Positions 61,001 through 64,000 of a stretch of 64,000 nucleotides of DNA are shown here, piece by piece. The position numbers and the translations under genes were made by a program. Location of the stretch: assembly GCF_902713615.1 (NCBI RefSeq), contig NC_052172.1, forward strand, positions 20,349,954 to 20,413,953, in the 5' to 3' direction. How positions within the stretch are numbered: position 1 is the stretch's first letter; every line of letters starts with the position of its first letter. The stretch is from Scyliorhinus canicula (taxonomy: Eukaryota). The notes under the pieces are model-generated. The model was given only the letters and a program-made list of their open reading frames with translations, was not told the DNA's origin and ran no database searches.

Positions 61001-63943
61001 AAGAGGCGGTGCAGACTCGATGGGTCGAATGGCCTCCTTCTGCACTGTAAATTCTATGATGATAACATCTATGATGAGTGGGTGGCCCAGTGTCCCAAGA
61101 TGTGACGCAGTAAAGGACTGAATCCCACATCCTTCTGATTTCTCTCACCTTCCCTCCAAAGCGCAGGCCCTTTGCTTATAGGGATGCATCTTCCCCAATA
61201 TCCTTCGGATGAATCGTTAATCCGAGGTCCTAGCTGCCCATTCAGGCGGGTGTGAAGAATTGCACAGCCGGTACTTCAGAGAAGTGTGGGGAAAGTTCCC
61301 CTCGGCGTCCAGCCCAATATCTATCCTTCAACCAGCATCAGTCAACCAAATCTTCGGGTCGTTATTGCCGTTTGTGGGATCTTGCTGTGCTGAAATTGAC
61401 TGCCGAGCCAGCAGGGCAGGCTTGGAGTCGTAGAGGAGGGGGCCTGTGCTGGCTGCGTGGTCTTCGACTTGCAATGTTCTCCCCTTCACGTAGCCCATTC
61501 CAGACCATCGTTAACTCACTGAGTTTAAAAAAAAGAAAGCTCTCCTTATCGGCCTCTGGTTCCTCTGCCCATTACTGTACCTTAATTCCCTGTCACTCTG
61601 GTTACCCATCCTGAGAGTGGAAACAGTTTCCTCATCGATACCCTTCGTGATTTTCAACGCCTCCGTTAAGTCTTCCCTTAACCTTCTCTGTTCTAAGGAG
61701 AATAATTCCAGCTTCTCCAATATCTCCACAGTAACTATGGTGCCCCTATGGTGGTCTTCTGATAAATCTCCCCTGCATCATCACCAAGGCCTCGACCCCC
61801 TCCCTCAGGCGGAAATGTTTTTTCTAAATTACTGGTTCTTTGACGGTCAGTTTGATCCACTGTCAGCTACCAGTAATTTGCCTGCTGCACGTTGGGGGTT
61901 ATTCCAAGTTTCCTGACTCGGTAATTGCTTCTCCTTTGTTCGTGGTGCAGGTTGAGCTCCGGGCCGGCGGAGTGGAGTTGGTGCGGGTTCGCAATCCGTG
62001 GGGGAGAGTGGAGTGGAACGGACCTTGGAGTGATCGGTAAGAGGTGCCATTCGAATGTCCATTCCGGGCCTCAGCTGGAGTATTGGGTCCAGTTCTGGGC
62101 AACTGGGTACTTCAGGAAGGATGTGTTGACATTGGAGAGGGTGTGGAAAAGATTCACGAGAACGGTTCCCTGGGGTGAGAAACCTCAGTTATGAAGATAG
62201 ATTTGAGAAGTTGGGACTGTTTTTTCCCTTGGAGAGGAGGCTGAAGAGATTAGATGGAGGTGTTCAACATTGGGGCAGCACGGTAGCATTGTGGATAGCA
62301 CAATTGCTTCACAGCTCCAGGGTCCCAGGTTCGATTCCGGCTTGGGTCACTGTCTGTGCGGAGTCTGCACATCCTCCCCGTGTCTGCGTGGGTTTCCTCC
62401 GGGTGCTCCGGTTTCCTCCCACAGTCCAAAGATGTGCAGGTTAGGTGGATTGGCCATGATAAATTGCCCTTAGTGTCCAAAATTGCCCTTAGTGTTGGGT
62501 GGGATTACTGGGTTATGGGGATAGGGTGGAGGTGTTGACCTTGGGTAGGGTGCTCTTTCCAAGAGCCAGTGCAGACTCGATGGGCCGAATGGCCTCCTTC
62601 TGCACTGTAAATTCTATGATAAATCCGGACGGACCTGGACAGAGTAGAGAGAGAGAGACAGTCCCCATTCACCAAAGAATTCTGATCAAGAGGGTGCAGA
62701 TTTAATGTAATTGTAAAAAGGGGCAGAAGTGATATTTTTATCTCCGTTATTTGATTAATTCTGGGCAAATTTCAATCCCGTGAAGCTGTTGAAGTATTTT
62801 GTTTGTGGGAGGCACGGTGGCGCAGTGGTTAGCACTGCTGCCTACGGCGCCGAGGACCCGGGTTCGAATCCCGGCTCTGGGTCACTGTCCGTGTGGAGTT
62901 TGCACATTCTCCCCGTGTCTGCATGGGTCTCACCCCCACAATCCAAAGATGTGCAGGGCAGGTGGATTGGCCACGCTAAATTGCCCCTTAATTGTACCTC
63001 GCCATTCACCTGAGGAAGGAGCCGTGCTCCGAAAGCTCGTGTTTGAATCAAACCTGTTGGACTTTAACCTGGTGTTGTAAGACTTCTTACTGTAAAAAAA
63101 ATTGGCTGCTTTATATTTATTTTTCAACAAGTCTTTAGTTTGTCATCTGTGTCAACGGACCTTCGCCGGAAGGGCTTTGTTTATTACCTGCTGCCAGTTA
63201 TGTAGGAGTCCTGTTTCATAATGAAATGCCGAAGAGCTGCTTGATGTGAGAGAGGGGTAATTCGCCCATTGAAATCCCATGTGGGCCGTGAATGTCTTGC
63301 CATTGCTGAGAACACGGCCAGGCCTCGCTATCTCTCGAACCATCGGCAACTCCAAATTCTGGCTCCCAAGCAGGTCTATAACTGCAAGAAGTGAAATATA
63401 AAAAGCCAGGAAGATTGCAGGAAGCACGACTTGATGTTGGTGCCTCTTATTGAAAGGAGAATTAGTCTTGGGGATTGTGCAGAACGTCCCAATGTCCAGA
63501 CCCCTGCTGCATCCCTTATTCCAGGTCGCTGGGCAGGACTGTATCTGGTGTTCTCGAGTGTATCAGACTGATGGCAGGCCCTGTACTGTTAGTCTGGCCT
63601 TTAGTGCCAGGGTAGTGGGTGCCTGGAACTCGCTGCCAGAGGAGGTGGTGGAAACAGGGATTGATATCTTGACAAATACATGAATAGGATGGGAATAGGG
63701 GGATACAGACCCCGGAAGTGTAGAAGATTTTAGTTTAGACGGGCAGCATTAAAGGGCCAGGCTTAGGCTTGAAGGGCCGAAGGGCCTGTTCCTGTGCTGT
63801 ACTTTTCTTTGTTCTTTGTACTGGGGGTTTGTATCTTGAATAACGAGATGTGATGTTATATTTTTATGTAGCTCTGCAGAGTGGAGCCAAATCTCTGACA
63901 AAAACTGTCCTCAGATGGGGCACCTGGAAGATGGGGAGTTTTG
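51775..63943 (+). CDS. Classical calpain large subunit (CAPN12-like by sequence features and synteny), exons 1-8 covering most of the CysPc protease core; 3'-partial
   Basis: Exons of 228/70/119/134/169/72/86/72 nt with classical-calpain phases. Motifs [74 protein letters not shown]. Paralogue identity not resolved. Confidence 0.93.
52003..52349 (+). repeat. Minisatellite of about 25 bp (GTGAGTGAGTGTGACCCTCAGGGGG) starting at the calpain intron 1 donor
   Basis: 13 GACCCT-containing units. Confidence 0.92.
52560..53600. mobile_element. Nested cluster: type C SINE (+), CR1 3' fragment (-) interrupted by a type D-like SINE (-)
   Basis: 52560-52838 SINE; 52842-53600 CR1; 52962-53095 SINE. Confidence 0.75.
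54734..54803 (+). CDS. Calpain exon 2 ([24 protein letters not shown])
   Basis: 70 nt; AG/GT boundaries; oxyanion-hole Gln. Confidence 0.95.
55007..55536. mobile_element. Type C SINE (-) with a type B SINE (+, 55056-55280) inserted in its tail
   Basis: TSD ACACTGCAATGA flanks the inner copy. Confidence 0.88.
55648..55766 (+). CDS. Calpain exon 3 ([14 protein letters not shown]...GRFVFK), catalytic Cys
   Basis: 119 nt; AG/GT boundaries. Confidence 0.95.
55994..56127 (+). CDS. Calpain exon 4 ([17 protein letters not shown]...[13 protein letters not shown])
   Basis: 134 nt; AG/GT boundaries. Confidence 0.96.
56695..56863 (+). CDS. Calpain exon 5 ([23 protein letters not shown]...GSIVCCAKP)
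   Basis: 169 nt; AG/GT boundaries. Confidence 0.94.
57268..59547 (+). repeat. 30-bp minisatellite (GTTACAGTGAGGGAGAGTGGGATATACTCT), about 76 copies, in calpain intron 5
   Basis: Directly visible; near-identical units with A/G variants. Confidence 0.98.
59597..61060 (+). mobile_element. HE1 SINEs flanking calpain exon 6: type B 59597-59828, type A 59910-60235, type A 60714-61060
   Basis: Family motifs as above. Confidence 0.85.
60341..60412 (+). CDS. Calpain exon 6 ([24 protein letters not shown]), catalytic His
   Basis: GHAYS motif; acceptor gaccag; donor gtgagc. Confidence 0.92.
61951..62036 (+). CDS. Calpain exon 7 ([28 protein letters not shown]), catalytic Asn
   Basis: 86 nt; RNPWG motif. 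Confidence 0.96.
62273..62620 (+). mobile_element. Young canonical HE1 SINE nested in a CR1 fragment (about 62050-62720)
   Basis: Near-identical to 60714-61060. Confidence 0.9.
63004..63045 (+). ncRNA. Minimal type I hammerhead ribozyme motif in a Penelope-like pseudo-LTR fragment (about 62994-63093)
   Basis: CAC-CTGAGGA-A-GGAGC(CGT)GCTCC-GAAA-GC-TC-GTG. Confidence 0.7.
63600..63818 (+). mobile_element. CR1 LINE 3' end
   Basis: [15 protein letters not shown]; GGGCCGAAGGGCCTGTTCCTGTGCTGTA + GTTCTTT tail. Confidence 0.85.
63872..63943 (+). CDS. Calpain exon 8 ([24 protein letters not shown])
   Basis: DGEFW motif; phase 2-2; donor gtaaga. Confidence 0.93.
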
Positions 63944-64000
63944 GTAAGAGACTGATTATAAATCTCCCCCTTCTTCCCTCTGTTGAGACGGAATGAGCTG

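Overview
Repeat-rich vertebrate genomic DNA. The dense HE1/V-SINE, CR1 and Deu-SINE content points to a cartilaginous fish, probably a shark (inference). Three spliced protein-coding genes were reconstructed by hand. (1) The first coding exon of CLIP3 lies on the minus strand (1916-2069) and the gene runs off the left edge. (2) EIF3K is complete on the plus strand: 8 exons, 33364-47354, 657 nt, 218 aa. Its intron 3 is a U12-type (minor) GT-AG intron. (3) The first 8 coding exons of a divergent classical calpain (CAPN12-like) span 51775-63943, with an intact Cys/His/Asn triad, and run off the right edge. The rest is mostly transposable elements and tandem repeats: several SINE families, CR1, L1-clade, L2, Rex1/Babar and RTE LINEs, Penelope remnants with hammerhead motifs, four solo LTRs, hAT and Harbinger-like MITEs, and minisatellites. 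I found no novel protein-coding system. The best leads are: SINEs with interchangeable 3' tails that match LINEs in the same window, an NRF1/Sp1-site tandem repeat at the EIF3K promoter followed by a G-quadruplex array, a splice-donor minisatellite and altered active-site wall in the calpain, a minimal hammerhead ribozyme, and an internally deleted bipartite RTE. TE boundaries are approximate unless a target-site duplication (TSD) is quoted.
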